Part shown: positions 50,178-63,126 of the stretch, piece after piece
How the letters are laid out: each line of letters begins with the position of its first letter
How positions within the stretch are numbered: the first letter of the stretch is position 1
Origin: Octopus bimaculoides
Taxonomy: Eukaryota
Assembly (NCBI RefSeq): GCF_001194135.2
Contig: NC_068987.1
Coordinates: forward strand, 14,845,806 to 14,909,805
Length of the DNA stretch: 64,000 nucleotides
Reading direction: 5' to 3'
Translations under genes and position numbers: made by a program
The notes under the pieces: model-generated
What the model was told of the DNA's origin: nothing
Databases searched by the model: none
Seen by the model: only the letters and a program-made list of their open reading frames with translations

Positions 50178-52397
50178 CAGCAACAACAGTCACAACAACA
50201 TCAACAAAGAGGCAGCAAAAACACTACAATGGCCAATACCACCACCACCACCACCACCACCACCACCACCGCCATGACATCACCCACCATCTCCACAACC
50301 AACACTACCATCATCACCAGCTTCACCAACACCAGCATCACGATCACAATCACCACCACAACCACTACAACCCACAACACCAGTATCACGACAACCACTT
50401 GCTCCAACATCGTCAACCATCGTTTCCACCACCACAACCACTACCACCAGCAGCACCGCTTCTACAACCACCACAACTACTACCATTAGCATCACCATCA
50501 ACAATCTCTAGAATTACCGACACCAGCACCCCCACCCCCATCCCCACCACCGAAACCACCACCACCACCACTACAATCACTACAACATCAACAACAATAA
50601 GAACAGCAACAACGAAGCCAAGAAAAGCAAGAAGTAGAAATTACCAGCGAGGGGGAAAAGGAAAAGCATCCAGCAATTGTACGGTGAAATTGTTGAATGC
50701 TGTTTGAATCAATATAGCACTCACTTATAGGTGACATATTGATTATTTTTATTATACAGTGTGACAGATGTAAATGGTGTCATGACGTAATGACATTGAC
50801 AGGCTGAATAACGTTGTTAGGAGGGGCAATAACGTTTAGTTAGTGGAGGTGGTGTTGTTGTTGTTATTGGTGGTGGTGGTGATGGTGGTGGTGGCAGTAG
50901 CGATGGTGGGGGTATTGATGGGGGCGGTGGTGGTTGTGATAGTTGTGACGTGGTGACGATGATGATGATGGCGATTGTAGTGGTCATAGTGCCAGGAGTG
51001 GTTGTGGTGGTGGTTGTGGTAGTGGTTGTGGTGGTGGTAGTGATGGTGTTGGTATTAATGGTGGTAAAGGTTGTGATGGTTGTGACGTAGTGACGATGAT
51101 GATGGCGATGGTAGTGGTCATAGTGCTAGGAGTGGTGGTGGTGGTGGTTGTGGTGGTGGTTGTGGTGGTGGTAGTGATGGTGTTGGTATTAATGGTGGTA
51201 ATGGTTGTGATGGTTGTGACGTAGTGACGATATTGATGATGCTGATGGTAGTGGTCATAGTGCTAGGAGTGGTGGTGGTGGTTGTGGCGAAGACGGTGGT
51301 GGTGGAAGTAGTAGTGATACTGGTGGTAATGAAGATGATGGTATTAGCGATGGTGGTCCTGGTGACGATGTTGGTGATGGTTCTGATAATAGTAATATTG
51401 ATGGTGGTAGCGTTGGTAGTGGTAGTTGAGGGTCTTGATGAAAGTCATGGTGGTGCTAATGGTGAGTGTGATGGTTGTGGTGGTAGTAGTGATGGTTATG
51501 GCCGTAGCATTGGTGGTTTCGATGTTCCGGTGGCTGCAATCATTGTGACCTAGGCTATGGTAGTGGTGGTGGTGGTGGTGGTGATGGTAGCAGTTATGGT
51601 AGTGGTTGTAGTGCTGATGGTGGTGGTGGTGTTGCGATGGTAATGGTGATATTTCTGGTGGTTGCGTTGTTATGATAGTGATGCTGATGGTGTTGCTGCT
51701 TGTGGTATCGGCGATGGTGGTGATAGTGGCGGGAGTATGATGGTGACGGTAGTGATGCTACTGATAATGATGGTGGTGATTCCATGGCAATCTGAATGAC
51801 GTCTGGTGATGTTAGCCATGATGGTGGGCACGATGATGGCAGTGGTGGTGGCGGTGGTAGTAGTAGTAGTGATAGTGGGGGTGTTGGTGACGGATGGTGA
51901 ACGTGTTGATGGTAGTTGCGATTATGCTTATGGTGGTGGTGGTGGTGGTGATGACCACGTGGTGGTAGTTGTAATGGCTGTAATGGTAGTTGTCGTGGCA
52001 CTTGGTGTCTTAGCTGATGTTAGAAGCCAAAGTGGCCGATGTACTTTTTCAGTGGCTCTTGTAGATGTAGAAACTACAGCAGCAACAAGAACAGAAACAA
52101 CAACAGCAATACCAGCAACAACAGTGCCAGCGGTAGTAGTAGTGGTGGCAGTGGTAGCGGTGGTGGTGGTAGTAGTAATAGTAGTGGTGGGGGGGTATGG
52201 TAGTAGTAGTAGTAATAGTAGTAGTTGTGGTGGGGGGGGGATTGTAATGGTGGTAGTAGTAACAGTAATAGTGGTAGTAGTGGTGGTGGTGTTTGTAGTA
52301 GTAGCACTAGCTGCAGTCGTGACGATGGAGTAGTGCTGCTGAAAGCGTCGATAGTAGTGAAGATGGCATTGTTGGTGGTTTGGTGATGCTACTGGTG

Positions 52398-52429
<32 letters not shown>

Positions 52430-52450
52430 GATGGAAGTGGTGGTGCTGCG
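50040..52450. repeat. (CAC/CAA)n block (50040-50620) and (GGT/GAT/GTA)n block (50840-52450) containing an approximately 135-bp unit x3
   Basis: Unit starts gttgtgacg at 50942, 51079 and 51213. Confidence 0.9.
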
Positions 52451-52840
52451 CTCGTTATATTTTGCCTTGTTAGTAACGTTTGAGCATCTGTGTGAAGATG
52501 TAGGTAGGATGATGAATGGTTGCTAAGCTGGTGGTTATGTTCCATCAGGTGAACAGCGTCAACGTATATGGAACAAAAAAGATAGTCTGAACAAATGCTT
52601 AGTGGGATGAACTTGCCGTCAGATTTATGTCTCTTTTTCATTATGTTATGCATACAAACATAGGTTACCTACCTACATACCTACCTACATACCTACCTAC
52701 TTACCTTCCTTCCTTCATACCTACATAGTGGTACCCTGTCGCCGATTATTTAAAGAAGTATTTAGAGAGTAATCGGCAGCGTAAAACTCAGACTGAACAT
52801 CCGAAATGTTTAAAATTATATTAATGATAATGATGATAGC

Positions 52841-52902
<62 letters not shown>

Positions 52903-52918
52903 TAATAATATTAAGTGA

Positions 52919-53250
52919 AGGCGCATGACTCAGTGGTTAGAGCGTGGAGCTTACGATCGTGAGGTTGTGAGTTCGAATCCCGGACCGAGCTGTGTGTTTT
53001 GTTCTTGAGCAAGACACTTTATTTCACGTTGCTCCAGTTCACTCAGTAGTAGAAATGAGTTGCGATGTCACAGGTGCCAAGCTATATCGGCCCCTTTGCC
53101 TTTCCCTTTGATAACACTGGTGTCGTGGAGCGGGGGTGGTATGCATGAGCAACTGCTGGTCTTCCATAAACAACCTTGTCCGGACTTGAGCCCGGGAGGG
53201 TAACTTCCTAGGTGCAATCCTATGGTCAGTCATGACCGAAAGGGGTTTTA
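52919..53250 (+). mobile_element. SINE, B head (tRNA-like plus CORE-like segment) and tail E, embedded in (AAT)n
   Basis: ggcgcatgactcagtggttagagcg...gagttcgaatcccgg...ttcttgagcaagacacttt; the last segment resembles the MIR/CORE ccttgggcaagtcactt motif. Confidence 0.9.
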
Positions 53251-53252
53251 GC

Positions 53253-53293
<41 letters not shown>

Positions 53294-53310
53294 TAATAAT
53301 AATAATAATA

Positions 53311-53575
53311 AGGATCGTAAAGAAAGAGGACGAAAAACAAAAATTACAATCCCTTAAAATTTGCAACAGGAAGAAATTTGGAGTATGAGAACTGTAAACG
53401 TACCTGTAATAATTGCTGCGTTGAGAACAGTAAACAAAGATATAGACAAATGGCGGAAGGAGATTGGAATAGAGCTCGTATAGAAGGTTTGTTTCTTAGG
53501 GGCAGCAGGGATTATCAGTGGGGTTCTAAACATTTGAAAAACTACTGAAAACTTTTGGCTGCCTAAGGTTGCATA
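53311..53575 (+). mobile_element. R4/Dong-like REL LINE 3' fragment
   Basis: KEDEK...NYNPLK /frameshift/ EIWSMRTVNVPVIIAALRTV...WRKEIGIELV*KVCFLGAAGIISGVL matches the REL C-terminal pattern; preceded directly by (AAT)n. Confidence 0.8.
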
Positions 53576-53805
53576 AATTCTTATTTCTTTATTGCCCACA
53601 GGGGGCTAAACATAGAGGGGACAAACAAGGACACTGAACGAACTGGCTGTTTTCACACCTTTTTACCATAAGAAAGATTTTTTCTTCACGGTGACTGCAA
53701 TGCATTTGCCTTTAGCAGTTGAAATATGTGACAAACATATTTCAAATAACCTAAATTGTGATTATATATATATATACATACATATATACATACATGCATA
53801 CATAC

Positions 53806-53894
<89 letters not shown>

Positions 53895-54429
53895 AACATA
53901 CGTACATACATTGTATGTTATAAACAAAGAGCAGATATTTAATGTGCACACTGTTCAACTGTTCACGCCAGTAGTTTTGAAAGCAATTAGTTTATGGTAT
54001 GAATGGTATAGGTTGATAGTTGTTTCCTAACGTGAATATTCTTTGAAATCTGTTAGTCCCTTCTCTATATTCAAGATACGAATACGATAGAATGTTAGAC
54101 GCTGTGGAGCTTCACTGTAAGGAAGAGATTATTAGTTTTTGTTATATTCTTAAATACATGTCGCTTGTCTATACCACCGTCAGGAAACTTGTCGATTCTC
54201 TTTTGTTTTCATGCTTCCTAATTAACTTTGAAAATGTTGCATTCTTTTCCGGATTGTGAAGACAGCGAAGGTGGGTCATTAGGATTACAACGCAGCTTGT
54301 CGAAATATTACTAGTGAAGAAATGAACTCATTATAAAATACTTTTTCTCTGGACATATACTATTCAGAAAGCAAAGCTTTGTTTCGATAATTGCATATCG
54401 GTATCCTCAAGGGCGAGAAAATATTATCA

Positions 54430-54708
54430 TGCCGTCGGTTACGATGACAACGGAACAGCCTGGTCGGGAAATTAATGCGAAAGTGGCTGAGCACTCCACA
54501 GATACGTAGTTCTCAAGGCGATGCAGCATAAAGCAGGATGTGACAAGGTTGGCTTTTTGAAATACAAGTACAGCTCATTTTTGCCAGCTGAGAGGACTGG
54601 AGCAATGTGAAATAAAGTGTCTTGCTCAAGGACACAATGCGTCACCGGGAATTGAACTCATGACCTCACGATCGTGAGCCGAATACTCTAACCACTGAGC
54701 CACGCGCC
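54430..54708 (-). mobile_element. SINE, B head plus tail D
   Basis: Ends gggaattgaactcatgacctcacgatcgtgagccgaatactctaaccactgagccacgcgcc; tail matches 5900-6056 reversed. Confidence 0.9.
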
Positions 54709-54825
54709 ATAACGGAGGAGAAAGTACATTGGTTCCGAATAGCTTGCAAGGCACTCGGCAACGAGACATCAGCTGTCAGTGACGGGATTTCGATTCGCTT
54801 TATAACCAATTGCGTCAGAAATAAC

Positions 54826-54860
<35 letters not shown>

Positions 54861-54873
54861 TGTGTAGGAAAAA

Positions 54874-55042
54874 GGCGTGGCTTTATAGTTAAGATGTTTG
54901 CTTCTCAACAATGTGACCTTAGGTTCAGTCCCACTGCGTGGTACCCTGGGTAACCGTTTTCTACCACAGCCCCGGGCCGATTACAACTTTGTGAGTGAAT
55001 TTGGTAAACTGAAAGGAGACGTACATACATACATACATTCAT

Positions 55043-55096
<54 letters not shown>

Positions 55097-55300
55097 TATA
55101 GCTATGATTTTGTTGTTTGTCATTCTGTTTGTCACCCCACCACCGCTTGACAACCGTTGCTGGAATGTCTACGTCTTCGTAACTTAGCGGCTCGATAAAA
55201 GAGAACCACTGAATAAGCACTGGAGTCCATTCTTTCGACTAAGTGGTGTATAGGTTTGTGTCCAAGCATGGCCGCAACTCAAACACTGAAGCAAATATAA
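54874..55300 (+). mobile_element. SINE family C, full-length with internal (TACA)n(TA)n
   Basis: Head ggttcagtcccactgcgtggtacc; tail ccaccgcttgacaacc...agcatggccgcaac. Confidence 0.88.
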
Positions 55301-55819
55301 TATACCAGATTTAAGATATTTCAACTTTCATTTGACATCACCACAGAGAACAAGATATCATTTGAACCAAGCCGAAACTAACCGAACAGAACCGAACCGA
55401 ACCGAACAGATCACAGACAATATCGGGCAAATAATAAGATGATTTGTCAATGTTTTAACGACTCTCTTAGATGCACTAAATACTTTTGTTTTTTTTTATA
55501 GCGAAATAATATAAAGTAGAATTCTAAGATTTAATGGAGTTTCGAATAAAGAAGTAATTGATTTTCGGAAGTGAGTTAACATTTATTTTATTTATGCGTG
55601 TGTTTTTTTTTACCTGGCGGTTTCTTATTGTTGCATTCTGTTATGTAATACAAACAAATAGATTGGCTATTGCTGGTGCTGCTTTCGTTGCAGTTATTTA
55701 TGCTGTTGGTTGTTCTTTACTGTGATTCGATGGTAGCATTATTGAGCATTAAATTAACGGACGATCAATATCCAGTTGGTTTAGTGTTTAAATCATGATA
55801 TCCATCTCTCTACTCCGTA

Positions 55820-55944
55820 TGTATGCATGCATGTATGTATGTATGTATGTATGTACTATGTATTATGTATGTATGTATGTATATATGTATCTATCTATAT
55901 ATATCTGTCTCTCTACCAATTCGCCTATCTATCTATCTATCTTC

Positions 55945-56009
<65 letters not shown>

Positions 56010-56040
56010 GTCTGTCTGTCTCTATCTACCAATTCGGCTG

Positions 56041-56106
<66 letters not shown>

Positions 56107-56387
56107 ATCTATAATATATATGTAATATAGATGAAGACGGTGAAAAAAGTTATTGCATTACCCATGTAAACTGTCTAGCTGTGCTGACTACAAAATAAAA
56201 GCGACACCAGAAATTGACTGTCCAAAGCAGAAGACTCAATCAAAGAGGTTGAAATTACACGTAATACACGCTCGCGCGCTTTCGTACTCAAGCACGCATG
56301 CACACATATGTACATGTATATAACTGATCAAAGGGAAATAATAGAGTGGCTATTGCCATGGATATATAGACAGGTAGACAGATTGAC

Positions 56388-56459
<72 letters not shown>

Positions 56460-56471
56460 GGACTGAAAAAC

Positions 56472-56513
<42 letters not shown>

Positions 56514-56520
56514 GGAGAAA
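55820..56520. repeat. (TATG)n, (TATC)n and (GATA)n arrays
   Basis: Read directly. Confidence 0.95.
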
Positions 56521-57263
56521 GAGAAAGAGGGGGAGAATTAACAGCAAGTAAAATGGTACTATCAACAGAGATATGCAAAACGGAAATAATGTATGAGCGT
56601 AAGTGTCTTTCGAGATAGAATAAGTAAAAGAGAGTAATAACCGATATAGAATAAGTAACTAGAGAGAGAACAAGTAAGAGATAGACGGGAAGAAACACAA
56701 TAAATTAGAAAGCGAACAAGGGAAAGAAAGAACAGAAAATATGAGCGCAGAAAGAGAAAAGGAAAGAGAAACAGCAAGCAAGAGGAGAACGCAGAAGATT
56801 GACAGAGACAACGAGAGGGAAAGTTGGAGAGAGAGCGAACATATTGGGAGAATTATGTGGCATACATGTTACGTGTTTAACATGAAAAATCATGTAGTAA
56901 AAGCGAAAACGTCTTAAACTTGAAACCCTCAGCAGGATTTTCAATATCTGGCAAAGTTTCATATCTGTCATAGGCAAATAAAGAACAAATAAAGCAACTG
57001 CATTGTAATGTTATCTGGTATGGGAGTATGAGATAACAAAAGACATACTGAACGATCTATGAACTAAGACTCACGCACAAAGGAACTGCTATAAATATTA
57101 AGCATTGTCTAATATTAGAAGAATATAATGTTGCTATATGTATGCATGTATGTATGTACGTATGTATGTACGTATGTATGTATGAATGTACGTATGTATG
57201 TATGTATTTACGTATGTATGTATGAATGTATGTAAATAAGTATACACACACATATATTTATTT

Positions 57264-57305
<42 letters not shown>

Positions 57306-57324
57306 TTATCTATGCATACATACA

Positions 57325-57478
57325 TTCTTTTATTCTTTTATTCTTTTATTCTTTTATTCTTTTATTCTTCTGCATGTTTCAGTCATTTCACTGCGGCCAT
57401 GCTGAAGCACCGCCTTCAGTCGAACAAATCGACCCCAGGACTAAGTTACGGGGGGACAAACACAGATACACAAACATA

Positions 57479-57526
<48 letters not shown>

Positions 57527-57701
57527 TGTATATATATATACGACGGGCTTCTTTCAGTTTCTATCTATCTCCCAAATCCACTCACATAGCTTTAGTCAGC
57601 CTGAGGCTCTAGTAGAAGACACTTACCCAAGGTGCCACGCAGTGGGACTGAACCCGGAACCATGTGGTTTGGAAGCAAGCTAATTACTACACAGCCAATC
57701 C
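57325..57701 (-). mobile_element. SINE family C with internal (CA)n(TA)n and (TAAAAGAA)n tail
   Basis: (TTCTTTTA)n at 57325-57365; gtttcagtcatttcactgcggccatgctg; head ...gggactgaacccggaaccatgtggtttggaagcaagc. Confidence 0.9.
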
Positions 57702-58239
57702 TATATATATATATATATATGCGTGTGTGTGGATATGTATGTATGTGTGTGGATATGTATGCATGTATATGTACGTGTGTTCGCGTACATATGTCATTAT
57801 ATCTTCTTTCCTCCTCTCTGACTCCTACCTATCACACTAACGTATAAATCACATAAGTCTATTTATAGAAATTTGACATCCTTGTATTCTTCCCTCCACT
57901 ACTAAAATTACTACTCACTTTGGTAACACCCCTTTTCTCTTAGTGCAGCTCTATTATATTACCCCCTACTCGCACATCTCACATTTATTCACTCCTTACT
58001 TTCTCATCTCTTCTTATCCCTCCCCACTCCTCTCCCATCCTTCTCTCACATAACCTTAACCACCAACTAGCACTCCTTTTCTTACTTCTTTCATCCTTTC
58101 TTCACCTTTTTTTATTCTTTTCACTTTTTCTCTCTTTTTTCTTTCTTTCTTCCTCACATTTTCACTGACCTATCTCCTCATTCTAAACATACACATCTAC
58201 CCCCACCCCGCATCTATCCACAAATGCTACCAATACATT

Positions 58240-58600
58240 CTCAAATTTTCATTCACATCACAAAACCCGTTCGAATGAGCAACACATAATCCAAGACTCT
58301 ATACTTTGAAATGACTAAACATGAACTACTATTGGAACTTACATACCATATACAAGAAACTTTTTTTTACCACTTCTATATACCACTTTCCTCAAATATT
58401 GTAACTGCAACTACAATATCTTTATATATTTTATACTTTCATTTCTACTTTCAGTCTCTTATTTCCCTCTATATTCCCCACCTCCTCCTTTTCCATACTA
58501 CTTCCTTATTTCGAACTCAAATATTTATCTCTATTCAACCACCTCGCATCGTCTCTGATGAAAGGATATCCATAATATCCCAGAAACAGTTGTTATACTA
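58240..58600 (+). mobile_element. Penelope-like element 3' relic (GIY-YIG C-terminal motif plus pLTR hammerhead)
   Basis: RSNEQHIIQ /frameshift/ RLYTLK*LN resembles the E..WI..L.T..P.GLN end of PLE endonucleases; hammerhead motif about 230 nt downstream. Confidence 0.5.
58548..58600 (+). ncRNA. Decayed minimal hammerhead ribozyme
   Basis: CTGATGA (58555-61), aa GGATAT ccata ATATCC ca, GAA ACAGTTGT T atac; stem III is one substitution from the palindrome ACAGCTGT; stem I weak. Confidence 0.55.
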
Positions 58601-59161
58601 TATATATATATCTCTTTCCTTATAAATGTCCTGAAAACTCCTCACAGCCTTGACTTTGTTATTTAATTTTGTCTGATATATATATNNNNNNNNNNNNNNN
58701 NNNNNNNNNNNNNNNNNNNNNNNNNNNNNNNNNNNNNNNNNNNNNNNNNNNNNNNNNNNNNNNNNNNNNNNNNNNNNNNNNNNNNNNNNNNNNNNNNNNN
58801 NNNNNNNNNNNNNNNNNNNNNNNNNNNNNNNNNNNNNNNNNNNNNNNNNNNNNNNNNNNNNNNNNNNNNNNNNNNNNNNNNNNNNNNNNNNNNNNNNNNN
58901 NNNNNNNNNNNNNNNNNNNNNNNNNNNNNNNNNNNNNNNNNNNNNNNNNNNNNNNNNNNNNNNNNNNNNNNNNNNNNNNNNNNNNNNNNNNNNNNNNNNN
59001 NNNNNNNNNNNNNNNNNNNNNNNNNNNNNNNNNNNNNNNNNNNNNNNNNNNNNNNNNNNNNNNNNNNNNNNNNNNNNNNNNNNNNNNNNNNNNNNNNNNN
59101 NNNNNNNNNNNNNNNNNNNNNNNNNNNNNNNNNNNNNNNNNNNNNNNNNNNNNNNNNNNNN

Positions 59162-59193
<32 letters not shown>

Positions 59194-59205
59194 CGTGCGC
59201 GCGCG

Positions 59206-59248
<43 letters not shown>

Positions 59249-60158
59249 GTATGTATGCATACATGTGTATATGTGAGTTTATATGTGTGTCTGAAGTGTG
59301 CGTATATACATGAAACGAAAATGAGCGACGGTAAAATCCCAGAGTAACCAGTTGTATGTTTTTCAAGAACAATTATGGATAAAGCTATATTAAATAATAT
59401 ACAAGATAAATCATTGATTTATTGAAATTATCTCCGCTTTCAGAGAGGATACTCCAATCGCTTGGTGGCAATTAAACAACATATCCTCTGGATCATAGAA
59501 CCATGCAAGCCCCTCAGTCACGACAAAGGAGCGATGCTTTTGAGGCGCCGATCCTTGTTAGGGCTGATTATTCTGAGGGGCGCATTATATGACGTTAATC
59601 GAATTTCCTCCTCATAGTTTTGTTGGAATTGAAACCAGACGAGAAAACACTTGCCAAAGATTCTACGCTATGAAATCAAATCCGAAACCACAAAGTTAAC
59701 GAAGCGAACTGCTTATACACACAGCTGTATCCCTTTTCATAGTGAGCTTATCTTTCTAAACTCAGGTTAGCTATTACAATTATATTTTTATCGACTTATG
59801 AGATGGGTACTAAAATCGTAGAATATACTCAATTGAGAGAGCTAAAACAACCAGCTTGAAGAAGTGATAAAGTATTAAACTCACGTAAATCAGTATCTTA
59901 TCGTTGAAAACTTATGACGAATAACTTCGTCTAGTGAATTCATTGATAATAAAGGGAGTAATATTATTTTATTGCTTCAAGAAAATTTATTCAGCATGGG
60001 AATTGAAATATTCAGTGTGTCGATGTATAACTGTATGTTTTGCTGTGCAAGTATATTCTATGTCTTGCTATAGAATGATATTCAAGTGATATACTAGACA
60101 TTCTTTTTGTCACAGTGCGTGTACGGAACCCATTGCAGTTTCTGAATAGCTTAAAAGC

Positions 60159-60218
<60 letters not shown>

Positions 60219-60409
60219 TATATACATATGTATATGTATACACATATATGTGTATACATATATGTGTGTGTGTATATATATATATACGTGTGTGTGTGTG
60301 TGTACATATATGTGTGTATGTGTGTGCGTGTATAATATATGTGTGTGTGTGCAACAACATAGATAAAGAAATATTTTTTATTGCGTTTGGAAGCGTCGAA
60401 TCTGTATCG

Positions 60410-60565
60410 TATCATACAGACAAGGAAGTGATATTTCGAACGCAGTTTAGCCGTCGAAACAGCAGAAAGACTGGGTATTTTATCCTTCCATGATGGAAAA
60501 TGTTGTCAGCAGACAACCAAGGGCTATAACTGCGTTCGAAATATTACTTTCTTGTCTGTATGATA
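60410..60565. mobile_element. Long hairpin / MITE-like element, about 43-bp near-perfect inverted arms
   Basis: 60410-60452 pairs with 60522-60565 with two G-T pairs and one bulge. Confidence 0.75.
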
Positions 60566-60865
60566 TAATCACCCAGTAGAAGAATAAATGGTCCGGCTGA
60601 AATCTAAAATTAACCCGTCTACGGATTATGTCAGCTGACGCTTCCCCTAAGTTTGGTTATCAATCGCCACTGTGGTTATCCCAAGTGTTGGATGAATATC
60701 CTGTCACGGAGACATCGAAGCAACCCCGTATTTGTTAATATGACGACTGCTTGAGACTCTGAAATTTTTGAGACTACCGCCAGTGTAGTAGTATAATACA
60801 GAATGATGCGTGTGACTTTTACCTGAGAATGTCCCTTAAGAATGTAAAAATATAAAACAAAGCTA

Positions 60866-60951
60866 TGTAGGTATATAGGCCGACTTACGACTAAATCGAC
60901 TTACGACCAGTCAGCCGGAACCAATTGTGGTTGTAAGTCGACGACGATCTG
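60866..60951. mobile_element. pogo/Tigger-like MITE
   Basis: Right end ttgtaagtcgacgacgatctg|TA resembles reversed CAGGTAGTCCTCGACTTACGA-type TIRs; cgacttacgac occurs twice at the left. Confidence 0.5.
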
Positions 60952-60981
60952 TACACACACACATAGACACATATATATATA

Positions 60982-61028
<47 letters not shown>

Positions 61029-61062
61029 GTTTAGGAGTGATATCAGAAAACGATTATTCAAT

Positions 61063-61275
61063 ATCGAGCTGACAGAATCGTTACCGCTCCGAGAAAAATG
61101 TTTAGCAGAAGTACTGTTCGGCTTTACGTTCTGAGTTCGAATACTGCCGGGGTCAAATCTTGCCTTCAACCCTTCAGGTTCAATATAAAATAAGTACCAG
61201 CTGAACACTGGGGTCAACGTAATAGATTTATCTCTCACCCTAAAATCATTGGCCTTGTGATAAAATATCAAACCA
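61063..61275 (+). mobile_element. SINE family A, diverged
   Basis: gagctgacagaatcgttacc...ttacgttctgagttcgaatact...taagtaccagctgaacactggggtc. Confidence 0.8.
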
Positions 61276-61584
61276 ATAGCATAGAAGATGTTAATACTTT
61301 AGTCGAGTCAGATACTTTCTTCTTCTGTGTTTCATCTGTGGATGCACAGGGTTGTCAGGTAAGCTATGAGTGAAAATTGATGGGATTTGCTCGTCTAGAT
61401 AAAGGTTCCTTGTTACAGACTTGGGGAGAGGACAGAAAATTTGATAAAAAGGGTGAAAAAGAAGAAACATAAAGAAAAAAAAAAGAGAAAAAAGATTGGA
61501 AAGTAAATAAAAAAAAAAGGAGGAAAGGAGGCTACAATGTAATTCAAGAAGATACAAATTAACTGAGATTTTTCTTTTGCTTTA

Positions 61585-61788
61585 CGAGGGCATGCAGAAA
61601 AGTTCCTGGTTTTAAGGGTATCGCGGAGGCCCAAATTACCGAGTTCTTTTACAGGGATTAGAAAAACTGAAGGACCGCTGCCATAAGTGTATGAATCTGA
61701 GAAGGGGAATATGTTGAATAAAATCTATTTAACTTATCCTCCTATATTTTCTTTTACCCAAAGCCAGAAACTTTTCATCACACCCTAG
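61585..61788 (+). mobile_element. Mariner-derived non-autonomous element with TA TSD
   Basis: TA|CGAGGGCATGCAGAAAAGTTCCTGGTTTT ... AAAGCCAGAAACTTTTCATCACACCCTAG|TA (22/29 TIR match); internal GLEKLKDRCHKCMNLR(GEYVE*) is a mariner transposase C-terminus. Confidence 0.85.
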
Positions 61789-61820
<32 letters not shown>

Positions 61821-62035
61821 TGTATGTATATATCTCAGTGTGTGTATATGCATGTGTGCATGTATGCATGTTTGTATGTATAGAGCGCGTGTATTTAGAC
61901 TTCTATTTTGTGTTTATTGGTTATACCGAAGCGGTTTGAAAATGAAAGCTTATATGCAAATGAAATTATGTGAAACTTTGCAAACGCTTAACAACTCACT
62001 TGCTCTCCATTTCTCTCTCTCTCTCTCTCTCTCTC

Positions 62036-62124
<89 letters not shown>

Positions 62125-62811
62125 TACAATGAACGAAAATAAGGATTAAAAAGAAAAACAAGGCGAATAATGTTTAAGTGCTCCCTGTAAATAAAATCCG
62201 GCTAACAAAACTGTCCAGTCAAGATTACGATAATCTGTTTTGGTTGTTATTTTTTCTTGTGACAGGTGCAAGTGTAAATCCGAGGTTGATCAGCAATTAG
62301 TGATTTTGCTGCATTAGTAAGAAGACAAGGAAACATGTTCAATGATATTTATTTCGCTTACACGTGTTTCAAATAGTTGAACAAATTGAATCCTTTGCTC
62401 ATTGAGATTAGCATGCTTAATCGACCCATCAGTTAATCGATTAATTAACCAAATTTACGAAGCTTTTGACAACTAATCAATTCTATTCAAGGCTTTAATC
62501 ACTTTGTTAGATCTTATGTTTGGGGATACACAATGAGAGCATTGAAAAAAAGGGGTGGTATAAGCTATAAACATCAGACCAACCTCCTGAATTTATTACC
62601 CTGTGTGCCTTCTATAGTCATAGAAGTTAGTGTGTTTTTTTTATCATATGCTGTTAATAAAATTTTTGTTAGGAGGACACAGCAACAGCATATGCTTAAT
62701 GTCCAAACAGCATTTGCTTAATGTCCAAATAAATTTCTTTATATTTGATGTCGTCAAGTGCAAATTAATTTGAAGCAGAAAACATAGTGTGCTATCAAAA
62801 GAATGTACCGT

Positions 62812-63126
62812 TGTTAGTGTATTCGACTCACGATCGTACAGTTCAATGAGTTCGATTCACGGCGACGCGTTGTGTCCTTAAGTAAGACACTTTATTAAAC
62901 CTTGCCCCAGTCCATTCAGCTAACAAAATTGGGTTGTCCTTCTGTTTCAAAAGGCCAGCTTTGTCACGCCCTGTGTCACGCTGCATCTCCCTGAGAACTA
63001 CGTTCAGGTTACGCGCGTCTCTGAGTCTGTGAAGTGTTCAGCCACTTGCACGTTAATTTCACGAGCAGGCTGTTCCGTTGATCGGATGAGCAGGAACACT
63101 GGTCGACGTAACCGACGGAGTGCCAG
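62812..63126 (+). mobile_element. SINE, B head plus tail D
   Basis: gagttcgattcacggcgacgcgttgtgtccttaagtaagacacttt...ttgcacgttaatttcacgagcaggctgttccgttgatcgg...gacggagtgcca. Confidence 0.88.
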
